DNA of 55,865 nt from a virus (IMGVR_UViG_3300002026_002321:1-55865), one strand, 5' to 3'; counted from the stretch's first letter, positions 1 to 9,444 are shown. Notes: generated by a model from the letters alone, not told the origin. Program-made: numbers and translations.

Positions 1-2
1 CC

Positions 3-206
3 GCGCTGCGCCTGAAGCAGGAAACGCATGCCCGCGTCGCTGCCCGCCTGCTTGAGCTCACACCCAAGGCTGGCCAATCCCCGCGCGAGCGTTTCAAGGA
101 TGCGCTGATCGAGGCCATGCGCGCCGAATGCGATGACGCGCGCTGGGCGGCTCTGCTGCAACGCGCCCGTCTGCTGCACGACGACCAGGAGGTAAGCCAT
201 GGCTGA
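3..206 (+). CDS. Hypothetical phage protein, 5'-partial
   Basis: Open frame from the window edge (ALRLKQETHARV...QEVSHG*); stop overlaps the next gene's start. Confidence 0.6.
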   Translation, partial: ALRLKQETHARVAARLLELTPKAGQSPRERFKDALIEAMRAECDDARWAALLQRARLLHDDQEVSHG

Positions 207-1188
207 ATTGCCCACCCTGACCAGCCCCACGCGCGAGGCCATCTTTGCCGCCTACGAAGCCCAGGCTGATAGCGGTTTTCGTGCGCACCTGGGTGCCTCC
301 CTGATCGGCAAGGACTGCGAGCGGGCGCTGTGGTTTGACTTTCGCTGGACTACCCGTGCGCGCCACCCCGGACGGTTGCTGCGACTGTTTGAGACCGGCC
401 AGCGCGAAGAAGCGCGGCTGGTCAGAAACCTGCGCAGCATCGGGGCTACCGTGCTCGAAGTCGACCCCGACACCGGCCGGCAGATCCGGGTGCAAGCCCA
501 TGGCGGGCACTTTGGCGGCTCGCTCGACGGTATCGCGATCAACCTGCCCGAAGCCCCCAAGACCTGGCATGTGCTCGAATTCAAGACCCACTCGGCCAAG
601 AGCTTCAGCGACCTGGCCGCCAAAGGGGTGCGGCCATCCAAACCGCAGCACTTTGCGCAGATGCAGATTTATATGCACCTGACGGGTCTCACGCGCGCCA
701 TGTACCTGGCGGTATGCAAGGACACCGACGACCTGTATGTCGAGCGCATCGAGCACGATGCCGTCTTCGCCCAGGGCCTGCTGGACAAGGCCCAGCGGGT
801 GATCTTTGCCAACCAACCGGCCCCGCGCATCAGCAACGACCCGGCCTGGTACCAGTGTCGGCTGTGCGACCACGCGCCGGTGTGTCATGGGCAGACGGCA
901 GCCGAGGTCAACTGCCGCACCTGCCTGCACTCGGCGCCGGTTGAAGGCGGCTGGCACTGTACCTTGCACCAGCGGCCTTTGAGTGAATTTGACCAGCGCC
1001 AAGCTTGCACCGCGCACCTGTATCTGCCAGCGCTGGTGCCCGGTGAGCAGATCGACGCGGGAGATGGCTGGGTGGAGTACCTGTTTGGCGAGGGGCTGCG
1101 CTGGCGTGATACCGGGTTTGACAAGCTGGCGGGGGTCAGTGCCAGTGTGGGTGCTGGCTCGGCTGGGGAGGGCAGACCATGCGCCTGA
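199..1188 (+). CDS. Cas4/RecB-like PD-(D/E)XK exonuclease
   Basis: SLDG...VLEFKT nuclease motif, QMQIY (QxxxY), N-terminal Cys (KDCER) plus CRLCDHAPVC cluster; GGAGG RBS. Confidence 0.85.
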   Translation: MAELPTLTSPTREAIFAAYEAQADSGFRAHLGASLIGKDCERALWFDFRWTTRARHPGRLLRLFETGQREEARLVRNLRSIGATVLEVDPDTGRQIRVQAHGGHFGGSLDGIAINLPEAPKTWHVLEFKTHSAKSFSDLAAKGVRPSKPQHFAQMQIYMHLTGLTRAMYLAVCKDTDDLYVERIEHDAVFAQGLLDKAQRVIFANQPAPRISNDPAWYQCRLCDHAPVCHGQTAAEVNCRTCLHSAPVEGGWHCTLHQRPLSEFDQRQACTAHLYLPALVPGEQIDAGDGWVEYLFGEGLRWRDTGFDKLAGVSASVGAGSAGEGRPCA

Positions 1189-2768
1189 GTCTTCGCCCCT
1201 ACCAGACGGCTGCCATCCAGGCCATCTACGACTACTACGAGCGCGACAAGGGTGACGTCTGTCTGGTCATCCCGACCGCTGGGGGCAAATCCTTGGTCAT
1301 GGCCAGCTTTGTCGAAGGTGTGCTCAAGGCCTGGCCCGATCAGCGCATCCTGATCGTCACCCATGTCCGTGAGCTGATCGAGCAGAACCACGCCGAGCTC
1401 TTGCGCCTGTGGCCCGAAGCCCCGGCGGGCATCTACTCGGCCGGTCTGAAGCAGCGTGACATTGGTGCGCGCATCCTGTTTGCCGGCATCCAGTCCATTG
1501 CCCGCCATGTGGCGGCTGTGGGGCATGTTGACCTGGTGCTGATCGACGAGGCGCACCTGATCCCGCGCTCGAGCAACACGCTGTACCGGCGCTTCCTCGA
1601 TGGCTTGAAGCGCCAGAACCCGCTCATGAAGGTGATTGGCTTTACCGCCACGCCGTACCGGCTGGACTCGGGCCGACTCGACGAGGGCAAGGACGCGGTG
1701 TTCACCGACATCGCCTTCGAGGTCTCGGTGCGCGAGCTGATCAATGCGGGGTTTCTGGCACCGCTGATCTCCAAACGCATGGTCACCGCGCTTGATCTCA
1801 GCCGGGTGGGCACCCGCGCAGGTGAGTTCATCGCCAAAGACCTGGAAGCCGCTATCGACCAGGATGCGATCACCACATCGGCCGTCGCGGAAATCCTCTC
1901 CTACGGGCAGGATCGCAAGAGTTGGCTGGTGTTTTGCGCCGGGGTGGCTCATGCCTTTCATGTGCGCGATGCCTTGCGTGCCCGGGGCATCACCTGCGAG
2001 ACCATCGTTGGCGATACCCCGAGCCTTGAGCGCGAGGCGCTGATCGAGGCCTTCAAGACCGGGCGCATCCAGTGCCTGACCAACGCCAACGTGCTGACCA
2101 CGGGTTTTAACGCACCGGGTGTGGACCTGATCGCCATGCTGCGCCCGACCCAATCGGCGGGCTTGTATGTGCAGATCGTCGGACGCGGCTGCCGCCTGGC
2201 ACCGGGCAAGACCAACTGCCTGGTGCTGGACTTTGCTGGCAATGTCGCCCGCCACGGCCCCATCGATGGGATCCGCCCGAAGCGCCCGGGGCAGGGTGAG
2301 GGCGAGGCGCCGGTGAAAGCCTGCCCGGATTGCCACAGCCTCGTGCATGCCTCGGTGCGCACCTGCCCGGACTGCGGCCATGGATTTCCACCGCCCACCC
2401 CAAAGATCGAGCCCAAGGCCAGCACGCTGGATGTGCTGAGCAACCCGAAGCCGCAGTGGATCGATGTCAGCCGGGTCAGTTACGCCCGCCACGACAAACC
2501 CGGCAAGCCGCCGTCTTTGCGGGTGGACTACTGGAGTGGCCTGACCCACCACAGCGAATGGGTGTGTCTGGAGCACGCGGGCTATGCGCGTTTGAAGGCG
2601 CGGGCTTGGTGGACGCAGCGCGCGCCAGGCGTGCCGATGCCAGACAAGGTGGAAGACGCCTTGCCACTGACCCAGCGACTGCGCTGCCCGGCGCAGATCG
2701 CCGTGCGCCCAAATGGCCGCTACACCCAGATCGTTGGCGAACGCTTTATCTCTGGAGATGTGTCGTGA
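1179..2768 (+). CDS. SF2 DEAH-box helicase (RadD/YejH-like) with zinc ribbon
   Basis: PTAGGKS Walker A, IDEAH, TAT, QIVGRGCR motif VI, CPDC...CPDCGH. Confidence 0.93.
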   Translation: MRLSLRPYQTAAIQAIYDYYERDKGDVCLVIPTAGGKSLVMASFVEGVLKAWPDQRILIVTHVRELIEQNHAELLRLWPEAPAGIYSAGLKQRDIGARILFAGIQSIARHVAAVGHVDLVLIDEAHLIPRSSNTLYRRFLDGLKRQNPLMKVIGFTATPYRLDSGRLDEGKDAVFTDIAFEVSVRELINAGFLAPLISKRMVTALDLSRVGTRAGEFIAKDLEAAIDQDAITTSAVAEILSYGQDRKSWLVFCAGVAHAFHVRDALRARGITCETIVGDTPSLEREALIEAFKTGRIQCLTNANVLTTGFNAPGVDLIAMLRPTQSAGLYVQIVGRGCRLAPGKTNCLVLDFAGNVARHGPIDGIRPKRPGQGEGEAPVKACPDCHSLVHASVRTCPDCGHGFPPPTPKIEPKASTLDVLSNPKPQWIDVSRVSYARHDKPGKPPSLRVDYWSGLTHHSEWVCLEHAGYARLKARAWWTQRAPGVPMPDKVEDALPLTQRLRCPAQIAVRPNGRYTQIVGERFISGDVS

Positions 2769-2959
2769 TCGATGCCAATCAGTACGAAATCCATGCACTT
2801 GCTGCTGCCAGTGCCCAAGGCGGTGCCTACATCGAGTCGCTGGCCAAGACCGACCTGGCGCGCTTCTCTACCCAGGAGTGGGCCACGCTGGTGGAGGTGA
2901 TTGTCAGCGCCTTTCGAGACCACCTCAGTGCGGCCTATGCCGACGACCCGCCGTTTTAA
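2765..2959 (+). CDS. Small conserved phage protein (DUF6511-like)
   Basis: GTG overlaps helicase stop (GTGA), GGAG RBS; KTDLARFSTQEW...DDPPF pattern. Confidence 0.7.
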   Translation: MIDANQYEIHALAAASAQGGAYIESLAKTDLARFSTQEWATLVEVIVSAFRDHLSAAYADDPPF

Positions 2960-2970
2960 GGAGACACAGG

Positions 2971-5289
2971 ATGACAACACCCAACTACATGGCCCAACTG
3001 GGCCCCACGCTGGTCGAGCGGGGTTATGCCCTGCTGCCGATTCAGCCCGGCAGCAAAAAGCCCGGCATGTACCGCCAGGGGGCCTGGCATGACTACCCCA
3101 AGTGGAGTCGCCACTGCGAGCGAGCCACCACCGAGCATGAGGTCGATATCTGGGCTGACTGGCCGCAGTCGGGCATTGGCATGGCCTGTGGCGTGCTCAT
3201 TGGCATCGACATCGATGTGCTCGAGCCCCAAATCAGTGCGCAGATCGAGGGGCTGGCCAAGCGGATGCTGGGCAACACGCCAGCGGTGCGCATTGGCCGC
3301 GCCCCGAAGCGCCTCTTGGTCTATCGCGCAGCGCAGCCCTTTGCCGGTTTCAAGTACCCGCCGATCGAGGTGCTGGGCTTGGGCCAGCAGTTTGTGGCCT
3401 ACGGCATCCATCCCGATACCGGGCTACCCTATGACTGGCCGGTGAGCACGCTGGCTGATCTGAGTCTGGACGAGTTGCCGGTGATCACCGAAGCCCAGGC
3501 ACGCGAATTCGCCCAAGAAGCCTATGCGCTGATTCCACAAGACCTGCGCCCCAAGACGCTGGGGGTGGGGCGCCAGACAGGGGGCTGTCAGAGCATGGAT
3601 GGCTACGCCAATCTGCCCCAGCAGCGCGGCACCTATGCGGCAGTCGAGGATGCGCTGCGGCACATCGTCAATGCCGATCTGGACTATGACAGTTGGGTGC
3701 GCATGGGCATGGCGATCAAGGGCGCGCTGGGCGATGCGGGCTGGCCGCTGTTTGAGGCCTGGTCAGCGAGCAGCCAGAAGTTTGAGCCCAAGACCAGCGC
3801 CAAGGCCTGGCGCAGCTTTGCACCGCAGCGCATTGGTGCGGGCACGCTGTACAAGCTGGCCTTGGACCATGGCTGGCATCCGGCGGCGGATTTGCAGCTT
3901 GATGGCGAGCTTGTACCCGCCGGGGTGCATCCGGCGCAGGGTTTGATTGAGGCTTTGAGGTCGGATACGCCAATCTCTGCGGAGCAAAGTGCTGAGTCAT
4001 TGCCGGCGCATACGCCGTTGCCTGAAGGCTGGAATCAGGTCGGTGGCGTGATTGCTGATCTGATGACGCTGATGGCAGACACTGCAAAACGTCCGCAGCC
4101 GGTGTTGGCGCTGGGCGCAAGCCTGTGCGCCGTGGGTGCGTTGATGGGGCGCAAGTACCGTACCGAGAACAATACGCGCTCCAACCTGTATGTGGTCGGT
4201 ATCGCCGAGAGTGGCGCTGGCAAAAACCACAGCCGGGTGGTGATCAACGAGTTGTTCCGCAGGGCCAACTTGCTGCAGTACCTGGGCGGCAACAAGATCG
4301 CTTCAGGTTCGGGGTTGCTGACGGCCATTCAACGTCAGCCAGCGTCGCTGTTCCAGCTCGACGAGTTCGGCATGTTTCTCTCAGCTGCCACTGACCGCAA
4401 GCGCTCACCGCGCTACATCAGCGAGATTCTGGACTTGCTGACCGAGCTCTACACCACGGCGGGCACCACCTACTTTGGCGTGGAGTTTGCCAGCAACCAA
4501 GACAACAATGCGCACCGCCAGATTCAGCAGCCCTGTGTCTGTATCTACGGCACCACCACACCGCTGCATTTCTGGCAGGCGTTGCAGGCAGCCAACGTGG
4601 CAGACGGGTCGCTGGCGCGCTTTCTAATCCTTGAGAGCGAGGAGGACTTCCCGGACAGCAACGCGGTCTTCGGGGTGATTGAGCCGCCGCAGGCGTTGAT
4701 CGACCGGCTGATCCTGATCCACGAAGGGGGCGGGAAGTTGAGTGGCAACCTGACCAACATCGGTGCAGTCGATGAAGTGCTGGTGCAGCCACGGGTCGTG
4801 GCGATGACTGAGGATGCGCGGGAGGCGTTTCGGCTGCTGGACCAGGATATGGTCGCTCGCCTACGCATCTCGCGCGGCAGCGGCTATTCGTCGATTCTGG
4901 CGCGCATAGAAGAAAACGCCACCAAGCTGGCGCTCATCCGGGCGGTGTCGCGCGATCCGGTCAATCCGCTGATCGAGGTTGAAGATGCGCGCTGGGCCAT
5001 CATGCTGTCGAGCCACTGCGCTGAACTGACCATTCGGGAGGCCACAGCGCGGGTGTCGGAGAACCAGGTCGAGTCGCTGCACAAGCGCGCCCTGAAAATT
5101 CTGCGTGATGCCGGTCAGGCCGGTATGTCGCGCAGCGAGTTCACCCGGCGCACCCAGTTCATGGACCACCGCCAGCGCGAAAGCGTGTTGCACACCCTGG
5201 CCGATGCCCAGCTGACCGAGATCGTGATGCTGCAAAGCAAGGGGCGGCCAACGCAGTGGATCAAAGTCGTGCAGGAGGCCGCTGCCTGA
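2971..5289 (+). CDS. Bifunctional primase-polymerase with PriCT-2 and C-terminal helicase-like (DUF3987-type) domain
   Basis: LLPI..GSKKP and IGIDID prim-pol motifs; YDSWVRMGMAIK..WS (PriCT-2); GIAESGAGKN Walker A, LDEFG Walker B. Start set at ATG 2971 after AAGGAG. Confidence 0.88.
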   Translation: MTTPNYMAQLGPTLVERGYALLPIQPGSKKPGMYRQGAWHDYPKWSRHCERATTEHEVDIWADWPQSGIGMACGVLIGIDIDVLEPQISAQIEGLAKRMLGNTPAVRIGRAPKRLLVYRAAQPFAGFKYPPIEVLGLGQQFVAYGIHPDTGLPYDWPVSTLADLSLDELPVITEAQAREFAQEAYALIPQDLRPKTLGVGRQTGGCQSMDGYANLPQQRGTYAAVEDALRHIVNADLDYDSWVRMGMAIKGALGDAGWPLFEAWSASSQKFEPKTSAKAWRSFAPQRIGAGTLYKLALDHGWHPAADLQLDGELVPAGVHPAQGLIEALRSDTPISAEQSAESLPAHTPLPEGWNQVGGVIADLMTLMADTAKRPQPVLALGASLCAVGALMGRKYRTENNTRSNLYVVGIAESGAGKNHSRVVINELFRRANLLQYLGGNKIASGSGLLTAIQRQPASLFQLDEFGMFLSAATDRKRSPRYISEILDLLTELYTTAGTTYFGVEFASNQDNNAHRQIQQPCVCIYGTTTPLHFWQALQAANVADGSLARFLILESEEDFPDSNAVFGVIEPPQALIDRLILIHEGGGKLSGNLTNIGAVDEVLVQPRVVAMTEDAREAFRLLDQDMVARLRISRGSGYSSILARIEENATKLALIRAVSRDPVNPLIEVEDARWAIMLSSHCAELTIREATARVSENQVESLHKRALKILRDAGQAGMSRSEFTRRTQFMDHRQRESVLHTLADAQLTEIVMLQSKGRPTQWIKVVQEAAA

Positions 5290-5299
5290 AATTGGGTTT

Positions 5300-5490
5300 T
5301 ATCACTTCAAGGCTTATTTCAATGCCACATCCTATACAGAGAGACAGACACCTACCCCCCAAAAGTGGGGTAGATGACCAGTCTGAAAGACAAGGTATCT
5401 ATCTTGAAAGAAATAAGTATTGAAGTAACTCTCTCTTTTTTGGGGAGACTCGCGTAGTTTGAATGAACTATTGAAGAAACTTTTTTGACT
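5300..5490. other. Putative phage replication origin
   Basis: AT-rich tract after primase: TTCAA at 5306 and 5318, TTGAA at 5404, 5420, 5459, 5471; hairpin CTACCCC/GGGGTAG at 5352-5373. Confidence 0.5.
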
Positions 5491-5560
5491 GGAGCAGGCA
5501 ACTGCTTCCAAAGCGCTGCGACTTTTTGTCACAGCACGTACCCGCACCTCATCCCATTCA

Positions 5561-5652
5561 GACATGAGGGAGCCTCACCGACCCTGACCCGGTCTGTGAT
5601 CGCGCTCCTCCAAAGTCGCTAACGCGTTCCTTGGAGGATCGATCGTGATCAC
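5561..5652 (+). promoter_or_regulatory. Putative structured leader RNA sequestering the HNH gene RBS
   Basis: TCCTCCAA (5606-5613) pairs with TTGGAGGA (5631-5638, the SD); GAGGGAGC (5566-5573) offers a competing pairing with GCTCCTC (5604-5610). Confidence 0.45.
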
Positions 5653-6271
5653 CTTATCTGTCACCCCACCTGCGGGGCTGGGGCAGCGTGCCCCGCAATG
5701 CATCGACGTCATCCACGTCATCACCTCAGGCCAGAGCCACAGCCTGCGCCAACAGGCCAGCGCCACCCTCTGGCGGCCCGTGCCAGGCTACAGCGCCTAC
5801 GACGTCTCGGTCGATGGCGTCGTGCGCCGCCGCCAGGGCTTTCGCTGCCGCCGCACCCACCGGGTCTTGACACCCTTCATCCGCGCCAACGGCTACGCCC
5901 AGATCATCCTGCACCAGGACGGGCGTCGGCGCCGCTTCGGTGTGCATCAACTGGTGGCACTCGCCTTCCTCGGCCCCAAGCCTTCGGCGCAGCACCAGGT
6001 CGCGCATCTGGATGGCCAGCGGCTCCACAACCACGCCAGCAACCTCGCCTGGCTGCTCCCCGCTCAAAACGATGCGCACAAGGACCTGCACGGCACACGC
6101 CTGCGCGGCTCGCAGATTCCCAGCGCCAAGCTCACCGAGGCCCAGGTGGGGCTGATTCGCCAGGCGCTGGCCAGCGGGCAGAGGCAGCGCGCCCTGGCGC
6201 AGACCTACGGCGTGTCGGTCTCGGCGCTGAGCCTGATTGCGTGCAACAAGACTTGGAGGCATGTGCAATGA
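5645..6271 (+). CDS. NUMOD4-HNH endonuclease with C-terminal HTH
   Basis: WRPVPGYSAYDVSVDG (NUMOD4); VHQLVALAF...VAHLDG..HN..SNLAW (HNH); KLTEAQV..IR tail. Confidence 0.88.
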   Translation: MITLSVTPPAGLGQRAPQCIDVIHVITSGQSHSLRQQASATLWRPVPGYSAYDVSVDGVVRRRQGFRCRRTHRVLTPFIRANGYAQIILHQDGRRRRFGVHQLVALAFLGPKPSAQHQVAHLDGQRLHNHASNLAWLLPAQNDAHKDLHGTRLRGSQIPSAKLTEAQVGLIRQALASGQRQRALAQTYGVSVSALSLIACNKTWRHVQ

Positions 6272-6732
6272 GAACCCTGGCACTGGACATGGGCTCACGC
6301 TGCGGCTGGGCCATTGGCAAAGTTGGTGAAGTTGGTGAAGTGAGCTCTGGCGTCTGGGACATTGCCCCGCGCCGGGGCGAATCGCCCGGGATGCGCTACC
6401 TGCACCTGCGCGCACATCTGCAGACCGTGCGCGCGGCCTATCCCGATCTGGCAGCGGTGTTCTACGAGCAGGCCCACCACCGGGGTGGTGCGGCCACCGA
6501 GTACGCCGTGGGCTGTGTGGCCACCGTGCAGGCCTGGTGCGCCGAGCACGGCATCGAGCACGCAGCGGTACACAGCGCCACGATCAAGAAGCACGCCACC
6601 GGCAAAGGCAATGCCGGCAAAGCCGAGATCATCGCCGCCATGCGTGCTGCGGGTTTCAACCACAGCGACGACAACGAGGCCGATGCCTTGGCCTTGCTCG
6701 CTTGGGCGCTGGATCAAGGAGGGGTGCAATGA
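6268..6732 (+). CDS. RuvC-like Holliday junction resolvase
   Basis: LALDMG, FYE, IKKHATGKGNAGK, DDNEADA acidic motifs; ATGA coupling. Confidence 0.85.
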   Translation: MRTLALDMGSRCGWAIGKVGEVGEVSSGVWDIAPRRGESPGMRYLHLRAHLQTVRAAYPDLAAVFYEQAHHRGGAATEYAVGCVATVQAWCAEHGIEHAAVHSATIKKHATGKGNAGKAEIIAAMRAAGFNHSDDNEADALALLAWALDQGGVQ

Positions 6733-7292
6733 ACACAACCACCTTGATCGCCGTCACCCCGGGTGCCATCGGCGGGCAGCGCACGCAACTGGTTGATGCG
6801 CGGCTGTTGCATGACTTCCTGGGTGTGGGCAAAGACTTCACGAACTGGATCAAGTTGCGCATCCGTCAGTACGGTTTTGAGCAAAACCAGGACTACCTGC
6901 TCGCCCAAACGGGCGAGCAGCTCCCCTCTGGCACCAAATGGCGTTCGGATTACATGCTGACCCTGGACATGGCCAAGGAACTCGCCATGGTAGAGCGCAC
7001 ACCCAAAGGTCGCCAGGCACGCCGCTACTTCATCGACTGCGAGAAGGCGCTTGGCGCGCGTCACTCATCAGCGGTGCCAGCACATCCAAGCGTGCAACCA
7101 GAGGTGGCGCTGGCGATCGATCTGCACACGGCCAGCGTGCAGGCCATCAACCGCCAGGCGCAAGCGGATGTGGCCGGTGAGAACGCACAGCGCTTTCATG
7201 CGCGGCGTGAAGAACTGCTGCGCCTGCAGCGTTATCTGCGCCTCTACGGCTGCTTGCCGCCCAAGACGCAGCGCGTGGGAGGTGGGCGATGA
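6729..7292 (+). CDS. AntA/AntB-family antirepressor
   Basis: VDARLLHDFLGV..DF.NWIK.RI..YGF...DY; LTLDMAKELAMVER...G.QAR.YFI.CEK. Confidence 0.88.
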   Translation: MNTTTLIAVTPGAIGGQRTQLVDARLLHDFLGVGKDFTNWIKLRIRQYGFEQNQDYLLAQTGEQLPSGTKWRSDYMLTLDMAKELAMVERTPKGRQARRYFIDCEKALGARHSSAVPAHPSVQPEVALAIDLHTASVQAINRQAQADVAGENAQRFHARREELLRLQRYLRLYGCLPPKTQRVGGGR

Positions 7293-7720
7293 AGCAAGCC
7301 AAGCAAGCCAAACAAGCTGCGTCACGCCCCTTGACGAATGACTGGCGCCCACCCAAACCCCTGGTCGGCCAGCGCATTCTGGAAAAAGTCCTCAACCGCC
7401 ACACCGCCGTGCGCTGCCCCGAGTCGCGCCTGGTGGTGGCGGTGATCAGCGTGGCCATCGTCGACTGTCTGTGCCAGAGCAGCCGTCGGCTGCGCCGTCA
7501 AGCGCGCCACTTCATTCTCGGCACTGACCTGCAGACCTGGTGCGACTGGGTAGGCCTGAACCCCGACTTCGTGCGCCGCATCGCCCGCCAGGCCGGGTAT
7601 CTGGCTGATCAGGCGCCGCAGCACAAGCGTGCGCCCGCCAAGGCGCCAACCCAACCCCCAAGCGAAACCATACCCCCAAGCGAAACCATTCCCCCGAACA
7701 CGCAAGGAGCACACGCATGA
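7289..7720 (+). CDS. Hypothetical phage protein
   Basis: ATGA-coupled at both ends, GGAGG RBS. Confidence 0.7.
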   Translation: MKQAKQAKQAASRPLTNDWRPPKPLVGQRILEKVLNRHTAVRCPESRLVVAVISVAIVDCLCQSSRRLRRQARHFILGTDLQTWCDWVGLNPDFVRRIARQAGYLADQAPQHKRAPAKAPTQPPSETIPPSETIPPNTQGAHA

Positions 7721-8085
7721 ACCCGACATCTGTTTCCATCCCCTGCGCCCTGAGCAGGGTGGCGCCCCAGACACCAGCCAGCAGCGACGAACTGCGCGCC
7801 ATGCGTGCGGCGGCCTGGCACAAGCAAGGCATCGTGGTCGTGCCGTTGGACGACATCTATGACGACTGGGACCGGGCGTTCCTGACCGGTCTGGCCACCC
7901 GACTCTACGGCGCGCGCACCACTGCCACCCGCAAGAGCACACCCTGGGCCGAGGGCGAGGTGATCGACCGGGGTGATGGCGAGACCTGGACGGTGCTGGC
8001 CACCACAACGAAAGCCATCACCATCCAACGCAGTCGCGACGGTGCGCTGGCCACCCTGGGCCAACTCGGGGAGGGACGGTCATGA
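7717..8085 (+). CDS. Hypothetical phage protein
   Basis: AAGGAG RBS, ATGA coupling. Confidence 0.7.
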   Translation: MNPTSVSIPCALSRVAPQTPASSDELRAMRAAAWHKQGIVVVPLDDIYDDWDRAFLTGLATRLYGARTTATRKSTPWAEGEVIDRGDGETWTVLATTTKAITIQRSRDGALATLGQLGEGRS

Positions 8086-8672
8086 CCAAGAAGACCCAAC
8101 GGGCCAGAGCGGCAGCGCAAAAGAAGCCGCGCATTGGCGATGAACGCATCCGCCCTGACGGCAGTGTGATCCGCTATGTGCGTGAAGAAGACGATGAGCA
8201 CAAACCAGCGGATCACTACCGCAGCGTGGACACGCTGGCCCTGATGCTGAGAAACGGCAGCATCACCGGTGCCATGCATGACGCCGGGCAGCAGTTCTCG
8301 CAGGACTTTGCCCGGGCCTTTGCCAGCGGTGTCGCTAGCCCCAAGCTCGATGGTCTGCCGGGTGGGACGACACCGGGGCAGATGATGGTGGAGAAGAACG
8401 CCGGTGCGGCCAGAGCGGTTCGGGAGGCGCTGGAGGCTGTCGGTGGCAACAGCAGCCCGGCGGGGTCAGCGCTGTGGTACGTGGCGGGGTTGCAGATGTC
8501 GGTCAGGGACTGGTCAATTCGCCTGGGCTGGAGCGGCAAGGCCATGTCCAAGGAGGAGGGCAAGGGCATCCTCATCGCCGCTTTGGGGATGCTTGCGCGC
8601 TACTACGGCTACGAGCGAGAGGTGCGACCGCGCCGACCACCGCCAGCGCACGCGTTTGCCCGGTCGGGCTGA
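8082..8672 (+). CDS. Conserved phage protein (DUF6456-like), candidate late transcription regulator
   Basis: Last gene of the coupled early operon; helical C-terminus (LWYVAG...GILIAALGMLARYYG); occupies the position of lambda Q. Confidence 0.65.
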   Translation: MTKKTQRARAAAQKKPRIGDERIRPDGSVIRYVREEDDEHKPADHYRSVDTLALMLRNGSITGAMHDAGQQFSQDFARAFASGVASPKLDGLPGGTTPGQMMVEKNAGAARAVREALEAVGGNSSPAGSALWYVAGLQMSVRDWSIRLGWSGKAMSKEEGKGILIAALGMLARYYGYEREVRPRRPPPAHAFARSG

Positions 8673-8732
8673 TTGGCGGATAATCTCGGACGTCACCCCA
8701 AGACCGGGTGGCGTTCGATATGGAGTATTTTG

Positions 8733-8912
8733 ATGAAACCCGCAGCATTCAAAGCGACACCGAAGTTGGGCGTGGAAGCCAGCCGAGCCTTGTTGAAGGT
8801 CGTCGGCGGCATCTCTCTGACTGAAAAACGCCGCTGCGAGTTGGCCTCGCTGGCCGAGTCTGCCCGTCAAGCCTTCGCTCGGCCGTTGCCTACCAAGGCG
8901 AATGGCCATTGA
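8733..8912 (+). CDS. Putative antitoxin of GNAT toxin (59 aa)
   Basis: GGAG RBS, ATG 8733, overlaps the toxin start. Confidence 0.55.
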   Translation: MKPAAFKATPKLGVEASRALLKVVGGISLTEKRRCELASLAESARQAFARPLPTKANGH

Positions 8913-9444
8913 TCGAGACAACCTCACCCTTCGACACATCCGCGATGTTGAAGATGAGGTTCTGAACCAGTTCTCCTGCGGTCGCCCCCAACTCGACGAA
9001 TTCCTGCGCGAAGATGCACGCGACTACGATACACACGGCCTGACCAGCACGGTTGTGGTGTTTGCCCAAGATCACCGCGCTGTGGCAGCCTACTTTAGCC
9101 TGACGGCCGACTCGGTGCATCTGAGCAGTGGCGAGCGCACCGACCTTGGATTGCCGTTTGATGTGCCGATCAGCTACTACCCGGCAGTCAAGATCACCAA
9201 ACTGGCCGTGATGTCCGAACTGCAGCGTAGCGGTATCGGTGAGGCGCTCATCGAGTTGATCTGCGGCATCGTCTCCACTGCCCCGTTTGCAGTGCGGCTG
9301 CTGACGGTCGATGCGGTAAACCAAGAGGCGGTGCTGAACTTTTACGAGCGCAGCGGCTTCATTGAAAGCCTCTCAGAAAAGAAAGAACGCCAAAGTCAGA
9401 AGGTGCGCGACACGATTCTGATGTTCAAGGATCTGTACCTGTAG
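8902..9444 (+). CDS. GNAT acetyltransferase toxin (TacT/AtaT-like)
   Basis: FSCG..QLDEFL, YPAVKITKLAV, QRSGIG acetyl-CoA motif, LTVDA..N..LNFYERSGF. Confidence 0.85.
   Translation: MAIDRDNLTLRHIRDVEDEVLNQFSCGRPQLDEFLREDARDYDTHGLTSTVVVFAQDHRAVAAYFSLTADSVHLSSGERTDLGLPFDVPISYYPAVKITKLAVMSELQRSGIGEALIELICGIVSTAPFAVRLLTVDAVNQEAVLNFYERSGFIESLSEKKERQSQKVRDTILMFKDLYL

Noticed and set aside
199-1188. CRISPR-Cas locus suggested by the Cas4-like gene
   Set aside because: No cas1/cas2, effector or repeat-spacer array in the window; the gene lies in a phage replication operon.
885-2798. 637-aa minus-strand ORF and similar shadows (94-1017, 12791-14089, 23660-24763, 37100-38281)
   Set aside because: Antisense to well-supported genes in GC-rich DNA, with no motifs.
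2713-2970. Upstream starts given by the ORF track (also 5698, 6537, 10843, 17709, 23417)
   Set aside because: They overlap other genes; downstream starts have RBSs and match domain boundaries.
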